A stretch of 61,118 nt of DNA, the filler included, from Platydemus manokwari (taxonomy: Eukaryota), in NCBI GenBank assembly GCA_037951405.1. It is 5 parts of 5 records of this genome, joined end to end, with 100 filler letters (N's around TTAATTAATTAA, not from the genome) between each part and the next. Parts side by side here need not be neighbours in the genome. Positions count along the whole stretch, not along the records: positions 1 to 21,721 come from JBBMOY011311426.1; 4 more parts are not named here. One strand, written 5' to 3'. Positions 1 to 11,508 of the stretch are shown here, in pieces. The notes beneath the pieces were generated by a model. The model saw only the letters and a program-made list of their open reading frames with translations, was not told where the DNA came from and did no database searches. The position numbers and the translations under genes were made by a program. How positions within the stretch are numbered: position 1 is the first letter of the stretch; the number at the start of each line of letters is the position of its first letter.

Positions 1-907
1 TATAATTGTTATCATCAATTCCTGAGTTAATAGCGGTGAATTCTAAGTTAAGAAATGAAATGGCAATACCAATTTTTCTAAAATAAAATTCATGACCATT
101 TATAGCCTTTTTAAATTTCACACCATTATTGTAAATGAAAGTTATTTTTATAAATTAATTTAAATATATCATAAAGAAATCCCAAAATTCTTATTCGTTG
201 TGAAGTGGCTTTTATTGACACCAACAATAAACCTTATTAATTTCAGATATGCAAGAAAAAGTCCTGAAATTTGAAATCTTTAAATAATTTTAATTATTTA
301 GGAATTTTCCACAAAAAATTTAGTCTTCTTTTTGAAAATGTTACGTTTCTAAGAAAATTTACTAATATTCTTTATTTATCTTTATCATATATCTTTAGTT
401 CATTTTTTTAAGTACTACAATTTGTTTATTAATTAGTTCTTCTAATTGTAGTTTATCTCATTTTTTGTTGGTTTATCATTATTTATTGTTTAGTAAGTAG
501 TATCTTAAACATATCCTTATATCGATATTCCTGAATTTTGAAAATTTCAGGTTTTTTTACTTATTTATATAAATATATAAAGAAGAACAAAATATATAAA
601 TATTTATTTATACAAAAAATTTTTAATTAAATAAGTCAGGTACTGTCTAACACCTTCACCACTTAGTCGCAGGGCATATGTTAAAGGTTTAAGGCTTGGT
701 TTATAAATAAATTTTATGGTAAAAAATTTCATTCATTCAATTTTACAATTTTTAATACTATTTTATAATTTATTTCGTTCTTAACCGTTAATTTTCAAAA
801 AAAATAAATGCTTCATTTTTCTGTTATTATTGTTAAAGCTCATTTTCATAAACTATTTTCTGAAGACTTGAAGTTATTATAGTGGAAATCAAAGTAATTA
901 CTTAAAT

Positions 908-965
908 ATGAATGAGCAAGTAACGTGAGCGAATATTAATGAATATTTTGGCAATGACTACTACT
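908..965 (+). repeat. Short dispersed direct repeat (partner ~3911-3975)
   Basis: ATGAATGAGCAAGTAACGTGAGCGAATATTAATGAAT versus ATGAATGAGCAATTAAGGTAAGCAAATATTAATGAAT. Confidence 0.7.
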
Positions 966-2294
966 ACAGTCCAATAAAGTTTGAATATCAGGTACCGGAA
1001 AAAAAACTTCTCAGTCTGTTTGTTTAATTTTCTGAAGTCTAAACACATCCTGATCTATCAATCTTTCTTTGGAGAGTTCCAAGGACTCTTGCAAGGCCTT
1101 ATGACTGAAACATGATACACCAGTAAAATTCATAAACATTCCTTTTTGACAATATTTAGAATTGGAAAATATAATAAATATCTTAATAACATTTTTTTTT
1201 CAAAACATTTAAACAAGAACCTACTGATCTACAAGTATGTTGTGAGGCATAACATCATTAACTGTCATAATTTTACAATATTTTTCACAAAACATTTATA
1301 ACCCGATAAACCTGATAAATAAATTATAATGATGATCACTCGAACTCTTGTCGAATCAACTAATATTAATTCTTGATCCAATTATCTATTTATAGAAATA
1401 GAGTATTACTATTATAATAATATTAATAATATATTAAATTATCTTAAATAATACCATAAATAATATATTATTTTATAAATTAGGTGACATGAAATCAATT
1501 TGATGAAATTATTAAACTTACCAATGGTTTTCTAAACTATAGGTGGAATTATTAATAATTTATAATTATAATTATTTTTTCAATATTAATTAGTAAAATA
1601 ATAATAATTTACTATTGATTATTGATTAATTTATCACACTAAGTTTCATTTTGATGAGAATCAAATTGAAATATTTCGAGATAAAAAGAAAACAATGTTC
1701 ATTGACGTGCATTTCACGAGAAATTTTAAATTAATTTATCTACTTAGACGTTATAAGTAGAATAATATAAATTAATAATTTTTTAAAATATTTTACCGAT
1801 ATGACGAGAAAAAGCAATGTTTTGTGCTGGCAAGATTTGATGTTGCTCAATTATTTACAAGTGAAGAAATGTAAATGTGTAGAAAAGTAACAAATAAACA
1901 AAGTGTAATGGAAAAAATGTTCAACACAAATATAAAGGAATAATTTCATATCATCTCAATTTGGAATATTTTATTAGTTTTTATTTTAATGAATTATTTA
2001 AAAATTTAAAATAAAATTATCTTTAAATGATTTAAATATTTTTCATCACACATTTTAATATTTATATTACTCATTAAATTTATTGAACATATTTTTATTT
2101 GTTTTAAATCATAAAAATTTTTGTATAACTTCTCACAGACTAAATATTGGAAATTTCACATTTACATTACTTCTGAAAGCCAACAAATTGATATTCAGGC
2201 TTTTTATATTCTTGGTTAATATTGCATAATTACCTAATCTTATGATTATATATGAGTTTCGAATTCTTTGTTAATCAATATATCTGTGAGCATT

Positions 2295-3030
2295 TACAAT
2301 TTTTTGAATTTCGAAATTTTTAAAGTCATTTTTTTACTTAACATGATGTGGTTTGAATAATTGTGATAAAAGCATAAATTGGTGAGCATCACTTCCAGTT
2401 CATTTACAATGTATTCTTTATAAAATATCCATGTGTTCCTGACATTAATTAAAATCCAATCACGCATAGCGATTATGAAAATATTATGATAAATTTTAGT
2501 GTTGATTTTGGGAAAAGAATTAAACAAATATAAACAAATTGATTAGATTAGTTTTCGTATAATAATAAAGTATAATTTAAAGTTAAGCTAATATAATATT
2601 CAGTTTTATATATGTTTACCTCATTTACTGATTCAGTTAAATCCTGGTACGAGTTGGAGCGACACTCATGTGTGAATTAAATATGGGATTCACAAATAAA
2701 TGTCGGTATAACTCGATGATACATAGATAATAAAATATTTTTATATTATAAATTTATAACCGAAAATAAATAAATACTTCAGGCTTCATATGATAATTGC
2801 ATTGAGTGATTAAATCGAAATGTGTTGCGAGAAGAAATTAACCTTATTTAATGCTTCGTTTTATCTGCGTTTTAAAAATAAATGTCAAAACTAAAATTGA
2901 GAACATAATTTGTTTTGTAGCGGGACAGGATATCACATGAATTATATTGTTGGAATAATTGTTTTATATAGTCGAAACATGGAATTAAAAAGTCAACATG
3001 TTTTTTTTCAGTAGAATCTAATTATGTTTC
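2295..3030. repeat. Left arm of a diverged ~700-bp inverted repeat (partner ~7840-8540)
   Basis: CTTCAGGCTTCATATGAT at ~2777 is the reverse complement of ATCATATGAAGCCTGAAG at ~8077. TCACATGAATTATATTGTTGGA at ~2932 matches TCCAACAATATAATTCATGTGA at ~7919. TTACAATTTTTTGAATTTCGAAATTTTTAAA at ~2294 matches ~8507-8538. Confidence 0.8.
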
Positions 3031-4128
3031 ATATAAATTTATAACCATGATTATTCTGTAAATAGAGAATACAATATTCTCGTTACAAAATGATAATGTT
3101 AATTCCATACATGGTATTTTAAAATACAAATAAAATTTAAATAATTCACTTTGTACATATAAATAAAAATAATATTGAACTTCTATTTTTAATTAATTAA
3201 CACATTACAAATCCTCGTGATTTAAGCTGCTATATTTTTTTGTAAAGCATGAATTAAAAAAGAATCGAAGAGCCGCGATACTGAAATATATTATAATTAC
3301 AATTATTCATAAATTCCAGAGTAATTTCCAGATCAAACAAATTCACTAAAAAAGCACTTTAGTGCATGTTTTCAAATTTTTTTATGTTTAATGATGAATA
3401 AATTGCATATGTGCTTCTTTTATTTAAACACGTATCACACGTATTACATTTGATGAAAGAATACCGAGTTGCAATAATAATTTCGCCTTGAATATTTTTT
3501 CATAATAAAATTAATAACAGTGATGATAATATAATGCGATATAAAATAAAATTGTCAGGGTAATTTGAGATTACATTATTTTCGTGTTTTTTTTCTTCAA
3601 GATGAATTAAAATGAGATTTAATTTTAGGATATTGTAAAAGTAAATTCGAATATTTTGGAATAAATTCATCTTTTTGAAATATACGAGAGACTTCATAAA
3701 ATAATAACAAGACCACAGATTACATAAAGAGATTATTTTCAATTTTTACTGTTTCTAATACACCCCAAATTTTATTAATTTATAATAATAATGCAAAATT
3801 TTATATTTATTTATACATTTCATTGTTACAAACGCTTTCCTAAAGGCCTGACGTAATTTTAAGAAATTATATACAAAATATAATTCTCCCGCTATAAACC
3901 TATATTATACATGAATGAGCAATTAAGGTAAGCAAATATTAATGAATCTTCAAGCATTGACCAAGTGGCTACTGTTAAATGGTGAAAATAAAATAAATTA
4001 AAACTGAAATAATCTTTTTCCATCTATATTGTGAAGTGCTGATATCAAATACAAAACCACAATCAACTCATAAATTATCACGATAAATATACTTGCATTG
4101 ATATTGTTGTATACAGAAATATTTTTAA

Positions 4129-5583
4129 TCACCGTACTCTCACATATCGATAAAGTTTAGCTATGTTAAAGTAAATTATTTGTGCCAATTCAAATAATCC
4201 GACAACGCTTATTCCCAAATATAATCCCATCAATCCTCCAATATCAGATAACAATTGCGAAAAAGTGTATGAATATTCTTCTGCAAATAAATCGCCAACC
4301 TTACTAACTTTGTTGATGTTGATCTGTAATACATTATCTCTCATTTCTTGTATGATATTTTTATCTTTTGGATCTATGGAAATATTGGCAAACAAGTAGG
4401 AATTAATTTGTCGAAGAGCGTCAAGACTATTGTTGCTTATTTCATTGGAGTTTGCTATGAAATTATCTCTTCTGGTTATTGGTTTATATGTTAAAGTATC
4501 ACAGGGATTTGCTAAATATTTGAGACAATAATCCCTTCCCTTTAAAAAGTCTAAATAGTAATCCTCTCCACTTCTTGAACAAGACTTAATATTGGCTTTT
4601 TTTATAAGTATATAGTGTGTCACATTTTTACATAAGTTCAGATACCGCATTTTATTCTCCTTGGCTAAAAGCGACTTGAGATAACAGATACAAACATTCT
4701 CAATATATATCTGATAATGCAAAGCAGTACAATCATCATAGTCTCCATGAAATACTCTTGATGTCTGAGAAAATACATCATAAACCACAGTGGTATAAAT
4801 CTTATGACGACAATTTTTTATTTGTTTGTTTCTAGATTGAGTAACATCTACATTATAATTATATCCAGGATGCAGAATAATTTCATTTTTAGGTGATAAC
4901 TCATTCTCTTCATTAATATAAAGATAAACGGATCGAGGTCCATATCCTAAATCAAACAATTTGTAAACATTTTCGTCTAATTTAAGGATTATCGAAATCG
5001 ACTTAATTAAATGACATTTATAACTTAGAATATGTAAGCAATTTCTCAATCTAATTGAATAACAAGGCATATTATAATTTTTGGAAACCATTCTGCCTGT
5101 AATTATAGATATATTACCAAGCTCTTGAGAATACCTGCTTATGATCGTATTGTCATTTTTGTGAGATAACTTAAAAAAGAAATGTTTCAGCTGATCGTTG
5201 TAATCAATATTCAACTTCCGCAGATCAAGAGAAGACATAATAATCCCATTTACTTTTTCTGATGTAAGATTTAGGTATTTTGTAAAATTCTTAACTTTAT
5301 CAATTATTTCCTGCAAATATATATGTTGTGTTGACTTTGTTTCAATATTGTACGGCACAATTGGAGAACAAATTGTCATTTCTGGCCAGGTATATTTTTC
5401 TGTTGAATATCTTATTGATATTGGATAAGATAAATATTTTCTGACAACAAATGTAACATTCAGTCCTATTCCTCCAATTCCAAATATAAATAATATGAAC
5501 CAAAATATTTTATATTTTCTAGAATTATTAGAATAGATATGAGTGATTCCATGAATTGTGCTGTTCTGGAAAACACTGCTCAT
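4129..5583 (-). CDS. DEG/ENaC (amiloride-sensitive sodium channel family) subunit, intronless, 484 aa
   Basis: N-terminal HG motif (STIHGITHI), TM1 (IFWFILFIFGIGGIGLNVTFVV), post-TM1 WPEMTICS (FPxxTxC-like), Cys-rich thumb region, TM2 LLSDIGGLMGLYLGISVVGLFE with GxS filter. Confidence 0.93.
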   Translation of the reverse strand: MSSVFQNSTIHGITHIYSNNSRKYKIFWFILFIFGIGGIGLNVTFVVRKYLSYPISIRYSTEKYTWPEMTICSPIVPYNIETKSTQHIYLQEIIDKVKNFTKYLNLTSEKVNGIIMSSLDLRKLNIDYNDQLKHFFFKLSHKNDNTIISRYSQELGNISIITGRMVSKNYNMPCYSIRLRNCLHILSYKCHLIKSISIILKLDENVYKLFDLGYGPRSVYLYINEENELSPKNEIILHPGYNYNVDVTQSRNKQIKNCRHKIYTTVVYDVFSQTSRVFHGDYDDCTALHYQIYIENVCICYLKSLLAKENKMRYLNLCKNVTHYILIKKANIKSCSRSGEDYYLDFLKGRDYCLKYLANPCDTLTYKPITRRDNFIANSNEISNNSLDALRQINSYLFANISIDPKDKNIIQEMRDNVLQININKVSKVGDLFAEEYSYTFSQLLSDIGGLMGLYLGISVVGLFELAQIIYFNIAKLYRYVRVR

Positions 5584-6001
5584 TTTGAAATGGTTTTAAT
5601 CATTGTGCTTATAACTTAAATATTAAAGTTGTCCAATAGAATATAGTTAAATTTTGGCCAATGTTTTATAGATTATTTTATGTAAAATTATTATAAACTT
5701 TAACCAATAATAATCAAGACAATGAAATTATTTTAAGCGTTAGTACGTTAACATTTTAAGCAAGAAAATTTTGGTTTTCATAACTCAGCCATATATAATT
5801 TATAAAATCAGTTTTGTATTTTTATATTAAAGTGATTTTAAAACAACAAAATACTTATTGATTTATAATGTCATGAATATATAGATTTACTTGTGCTGTT
5901 ATTTGATAAATAACTTTCATTCATCAATGAGCTGTAAAATCTGATAAGAATATTTGGAAGATATCGTGTATAATTTCAAATTTTATTTTAAAAATCAAAC
6001 A

Positions 6002-6075
6002 TCAAGAATTTATAAGTTCATAAAGTCGATTAAATGATTTCTTATAAATATAACCATTCATAAATAGAACTATAC
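6002..6075. repeat. Short dispersed repeat with an inverted copy at ~8778-8860
   Basis: TCAAGAATTTATAAGTTC...TAACCATTCATAAATAGAACTATA matches the reverse complement of 8778-8860. Confidence 0.75.
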
Positions 6076-7839
6076 ATAAATGCTTATTGCTTATTGTTAC
6101 AGGTTAAATTAGGTCCTCAAAAATAAAATATGAAAGAAATCGCAACCAAATCTCATGGAAATGGAAAAAATAAATTTGAAAAAACATAAAACAGTTGTAT
6201 TTCACTATCAGTTATGTTACCAATTTTAAGATAGAATAAATTTCTTTTATAAGTTGTTGCTTGTTCAAGTGTAAATATCTTAATATTAGTAATAGATAAA
6301 ATTTTAAAACGATGCATTTTGCATCAAGGATTAGATAAATCATTTCTCGACATTATAAATTCATTTTTTAAATTTTAATGAATGTTTTAGACAACCGAGA
6401 TAAATGTATTTAACATATTTTAATAAATTTTAAAACAAATATTTATTTAAGTGCTATGATGATAATTTTTGTTTTAGTAAATGCTATTAAATTGTTTATT
6501 GTTCATTTTTAATTTTTTTAAAATTTGTTTTATTGCATAATCTAATATTCAGAACAGCATTCCAATCTTTGTTTAAAAGTGCACTATTAACTCAACCATT
6601 TCATTAAAACAAATAAAAGCAATTCAGTTAAAATCATTTAATGTGATAGTTCAATATATACCTGGGTCATCTGAAATTCCAATCAATATTATAAAATTTT
6701 CAATCTAATTTAGTCGACTGAAAAAATAGATGATAGTCATGTTATCATATCCAATTATAATAAATTGCTATATATTACCTCGAAATCCTTTCATAAATCG
6801 ACATAAACGAATATATTCTACTAATATTTTCAAAGAAGATAATCTTCTTGAATATATTTTAAAGATAATTTTACTCTAAAATAAATTTGAACGAGATGGT
6901 TTTTCTTTTTGCTTTTAAAAATCTCAACATGCATTCCACAAATATCAAATAATTAAACTGTTTGTGACAAAATCTCCAATTATTGATAAAAATGATAAAT
7001 TAAGCTCGGGTTACATATTTAGCATTTAAAATTATTATTAAAATTATTAGTATTAATGATTTCGGACAATGATTGATATTGTGACGAAACAACTCATTTA
7101 AAACCATAAGTTTTATAATCCAGAAATGATTGATGGTTTACTAAATAATGGCTAAAATTTTCCACAATATTCAAAAGTTCTTACCTTCGGCAGTTATACA
7201 ATATCTTGATAACTAACTTGTTTATCTCACTCAGTATCATCTGAGGAATGAAATGTTAGTATTACTATAAGATATCAATTAATATTTGTAATGTAAAAGT
7301 ATAAAATTCTTTCTTTATATTTTGACATAGGGTTGACCCTTTTTGCAATGGTTAACAATCTTTCTTTGTATAGATCTATAAAATAAATATAAAACATTCC
7401 CATCGTTTATATTGTACTCTCATCTGTTATTAAATAAATAAAGTTAAAATTCGAGATATCAACTTAAAACATATCTTAAAATCCCGGCAAATAAAGACTT
7501 AACATATTTCAACAAGAATGTGAATTTTATTTAGATGATGTTTTGATATTTTTATATATTTTGTTTGTTTATAATGATTTTAAGATTAAAATGTGGAATT
7601 TTCATATTTAATAAAAACACACGATCAAATTTTCTGATTATCTTTAATTATCTGTTGAGTTTAAAATAATTGTTTATTAAGGCAATATTAAGTAATCCAC
7701 ATTATTAATATTATTATTTTTGTAATAATAATCAGAAGATTAAGAATTTCGAACTCCATTCACAAAAGAATTATCGTTATAAGTATATGTTAAACTCAAT
7801 TGTAACTAGTAATGACAAAAATATTTAAATATTTTTTTT

Positions 7840-8540
7840 CTAGATTTCGTCTGCATGAAACAATAAATGATATTTTCATAATGATTTTCTGAGATTCGAG
7901 GAATAAATCTATTATCAATCCAACAATATAATTCATGTGACTTCCTCATCTGTCACTAAACAAATTATAATGTCCATTATACGTTTGACATTTATATATG
8001 AAACGCATTAAAATGAAGCATATAATAGGTTATTAGCGTCTCATATGATGCTTCGATTTAACCACTAAACCCAATCATCATATGAAGCCTGAAGCATTTA
8101 GTGATTTTTAATTTTCAATATAAAAATATTTTATTAACTATGTGTCAACTAGTTATGCCGACATTGATCTGTGAACATATAATTAAAACTTTATTGTTAT
8201 TCCAAATCGTACCAAGATTGAACTAAATCAATAAATGAGCTAAACATATGAAAACTTGAATATTATTTTAGCTTAACTTTAATAATATTGATTTTAGACT
8301 AGCTTTGATATTGAAATGTGAAATTCTTTATATTATAAAAGCAAATGTAATCAAGCTGTTTATATTTATCAAAAATAAATACAACAATTTTCAATAATAA
8401 CTGGATATTTTATAATGCAAGCTATGAAAACCAAATGAGAAGTCAACATCACCAATTTACATTTTTTATACTATTTTTCAAACAAATTCATTTACAAAAA
8501 ATTGATTTAAAAATTTTCGAAATTCAAATTATTGTAAAAA
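7840..8540. repeat. Right arm of the diverged inverted repeat (partner ~2295-3030)
   Basis: Collinear reverse-complement matches to 2295-3030, listed under that feature. Confidence 0.8.
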
Positions 8541-8990
8541 AGGTATTGTGATATCCTTGTCATGAACGAGAATTGAAAGCGTCAGAGAGTTTATTTCTAG
8601 TTGTATGCTGGCAAAATGAGCTCGTTCATTGTTCGAAGCTTGTTTATTTCGGGTTATTTCTTGGTTCATTTGTACTGTTTGTCATTTGAGTGATCATGTA
8701 TAAATAAGTAACTAAGTTCCTTTGCATTTTCCTATAATTCAGTGGAGACACAGGTTCGATCATACAGTTAGTTAATGTGGTTATAGTTCTATTTATGAAT
8801 GGTTAAATTTATAAAAATCATTTCATCAGGCCTTATAAATCAGAACTTATAAATTCTTGAAATAAATATTGAAGTATATACATAACGATGCAAAAATTAA
8901 AAATTCTTTATATTATTTATTTATCAACATTCCGGCTGTATATATTATACTCATTTTATTTATATCTTTTCATAATCACTATATTATAAC

Positions 8991-9204
8991 TGTAAGGGGG
9001 ATTCGTAAATGGAAATGTGATTGCGGTATGTGTGATGTGTGTATGTTGTTTGATTGCATGTTGATTAATGATTGCGCAATTGTCAGTTGCTACAATCCAA
9101 TAAACCTCCCAAGATGTTATTACATCACCAATGATAAAATGATGTATATAACATCGTTATTGTATTAAATAAATTACTCAGTCTAAAACGTCTTATTAGT
9201 AACA
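8991..9204 (+). mobile_element. Candidate solo LTR
   Basis: Starts TGTAAGG, ends AGTAACA, has an internal AATAAA and is compositionally distinct from its flanks. No clear TSD. Confidence 0.35.
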
Positions 9205-9779
9205 TTTAGATTTGGGTTAATATTATTTATTAATAAGTTAAATATATTTGTTTGCTTTATCTTTAATGTTTATTTTTGAATTCATCAATAATAATTATTA
9301 TAATTATAATAATAACACCAATAACAATAATAATAGTGATAATAATAACCACAGTAATAGTAATAATAAAACTAAAATTCGTGAAAGTAGAATAAAATAT
9401 TTAGTTTTATCTGATCTGAAAGAAAAGAGACCAGATCAAAAGAACAAAAAAGTAAAAATAGTAACAGATAATATTCCATTATATCTTATTTAAACTTATT
9501 AGAAAAAAGATATTTAACAAAGAAATAAAATATATAACAAAAGAAAATAAATATAGCAACGGCCATTAAGCCGTATAACCGCATGGAATAAGTTTATTTT
9601 AACAAAGCATAAAATTGGCTCAAATCATATAAATGACACCAGTGGAAACACTATCTAAGAAAAAGAGATTTTAGACAAAAACACACCACAAAAATCTGAC
9701 ATTCGACTTCGATATCTGCGTGACTAGCAAAACGTTGCTTTAACAAATCCGAGTTTAATCGTAAGTGTAAGTTTCATTG

Positions 9780-10210
9780 ATTATAATAACTACATCGCGT
9801 TGCACAATTAACTTAATTATCTAATTTGTGTCGTTTGTGTCGCTCTTCTTAATCTTTTTCCGGTATCCGGTACATTGGATATCGATCAGCGATCTACTTT
9901 CGTGGTGCAAATTTCAGGTGGTGCACATTTCAGGCAAATATTTTGTTGTTTTTTATTAGCCAATTGTATTTCTTAAATAAACATTTTAATAAATCAATTT
10001 AGCATTCTTATCTGTTTAATCATCGTTAATTAATCATTACCTATTATTCTGTGCTATAGTACGCAAACTGGTTACAATGGGATATTCGAATCCTTGTTGT
10101 AACAGTCAATAATTATAGTTTTAAACTTTTAGACGATTTTGCATTTAGATTCCAATAGAATCGTCCTCATAGAATCAGTTAACAAATTATCAACCACCAC
10201 AATACATAAA
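9780..10210 (-). pseudogene. Copy of a dispersed degenerate family (homologous to 29590-29965 and 29990-30170)
   Basis: Reverse complement TAATTATTGACTGTTACAACAAGGATTCGAAT matches TAATTATTGACTGTTACGACAAGGATTCAAAT at ~29696. GCACCACGAAAGTAGAT...TTAAGAAGAGCGACAC matches ~29885-29957. Confidence 0.65.
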
Positions 10211-11508
10211 CCAAGTCACCAAAACATTTATTTCCAATTATCAAAAAAATTAAGATTGAATAAAAAATAATTATTTGATAACAAATAAATAGGATTTTAG
10301 TTAAATTTTTAATTATAGACTATTGTTTTGTTTTATATTTTAATAGTCAATTGTGTGGAGAGTTTTAATTTATACTAAACAAATAAGAGATTGGAAATTT
10401 AGTAACTTTAATTGATTACGGACAGGTCCACGACACTTTTAATTAAAATCAGTGATAAAATGGTCATTATAGACAAAATTAAATTCATTAAAATAATGAA
10501 AATAAAATTTACTGTTACATCAAAATTTCTTTCTTGTACGATTGGACTTGGATTTTGAATGAAGTCTCCTTCCAAAAAGTTTTTCTAGTGTTGATTCAAA
10601 TACTGATTGGGCATATGTCTTCTTGATGATGTTTATCCGCTAAGTCTGAGTTAATTTCTAAATTAACAGCCAAATCTCTCTTCCTATCGTCTGACATTGC
10701 AGGATCCACTACAAAAGACTCGTTCAATTTCTTTCTATTAAGACCTAGCAGAAAAATAGTCTTAAAATTTCTTCGAGTGTTTTTCTTTCGAAGTGGTCGC
10801 CAATAAAAGAGCCATTTAATTACATCACAATTTATAAATTTGAAAAACCATTTTATTTAAAATATTTAAATAAATCGAATATCTAAAATTTAACTAACTG
10901 TTCTATTAAATTAATTCAGGGTTAACATAACCCAGTCAATTTTTAAATCAAAATTTGCTAGCTCTTACTTCTTATTATATTTTAGAAATCTACTTAAATA
11001 TTTTATCTATTATTTAGTAAAATCAATGAGATATGAAAAACAGAATTGAAATGAAAATGTTATTGGAATTAAAAATTATCAACCTTCAAGCTAGTGATAA
11101 ACATAGAATGTAAAACATAATAACAAGTTTTAATTTTAAAATCTCATTAATTTTCAAAAGAAATGTTGCATGAAATTAGATTTTAATATTAAAAGTATAA
11201 TTTTTTTCATTTTTATAATCTAAACAATAAATAAACATTATGTTTGTTTTAAAGCTTCTATTTAATGATTATGAAAATAAACTTTTTTAACTATTTTAAC
11301 AGTATATCAAAGTTTGTCTTAAATTCCATTTACTAAGCTATATATTTTTACTTAAAATTAAATAATAGCTTCGACAATTTACAACGTGGACAATGAGTCT
11401 CTTTATATTATGTAATTTATAAATTATATATTTTTGTATTCTGTACATTAATTTATAATTAATTTAATCAATTTTTTCTTATTTTCGCTTAAATAATATG
11501 AAAAAATT

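Noticed and set aside
8815-8835. CTGATGA core on the minus strand as a hammerhead ribozyme
   Set aside because: No stem II, GAAA and flanking helices could be assembled.
9248-9493. Asn-rich ORF
   Set aside because: AAT microsatellite, with no other coding support.
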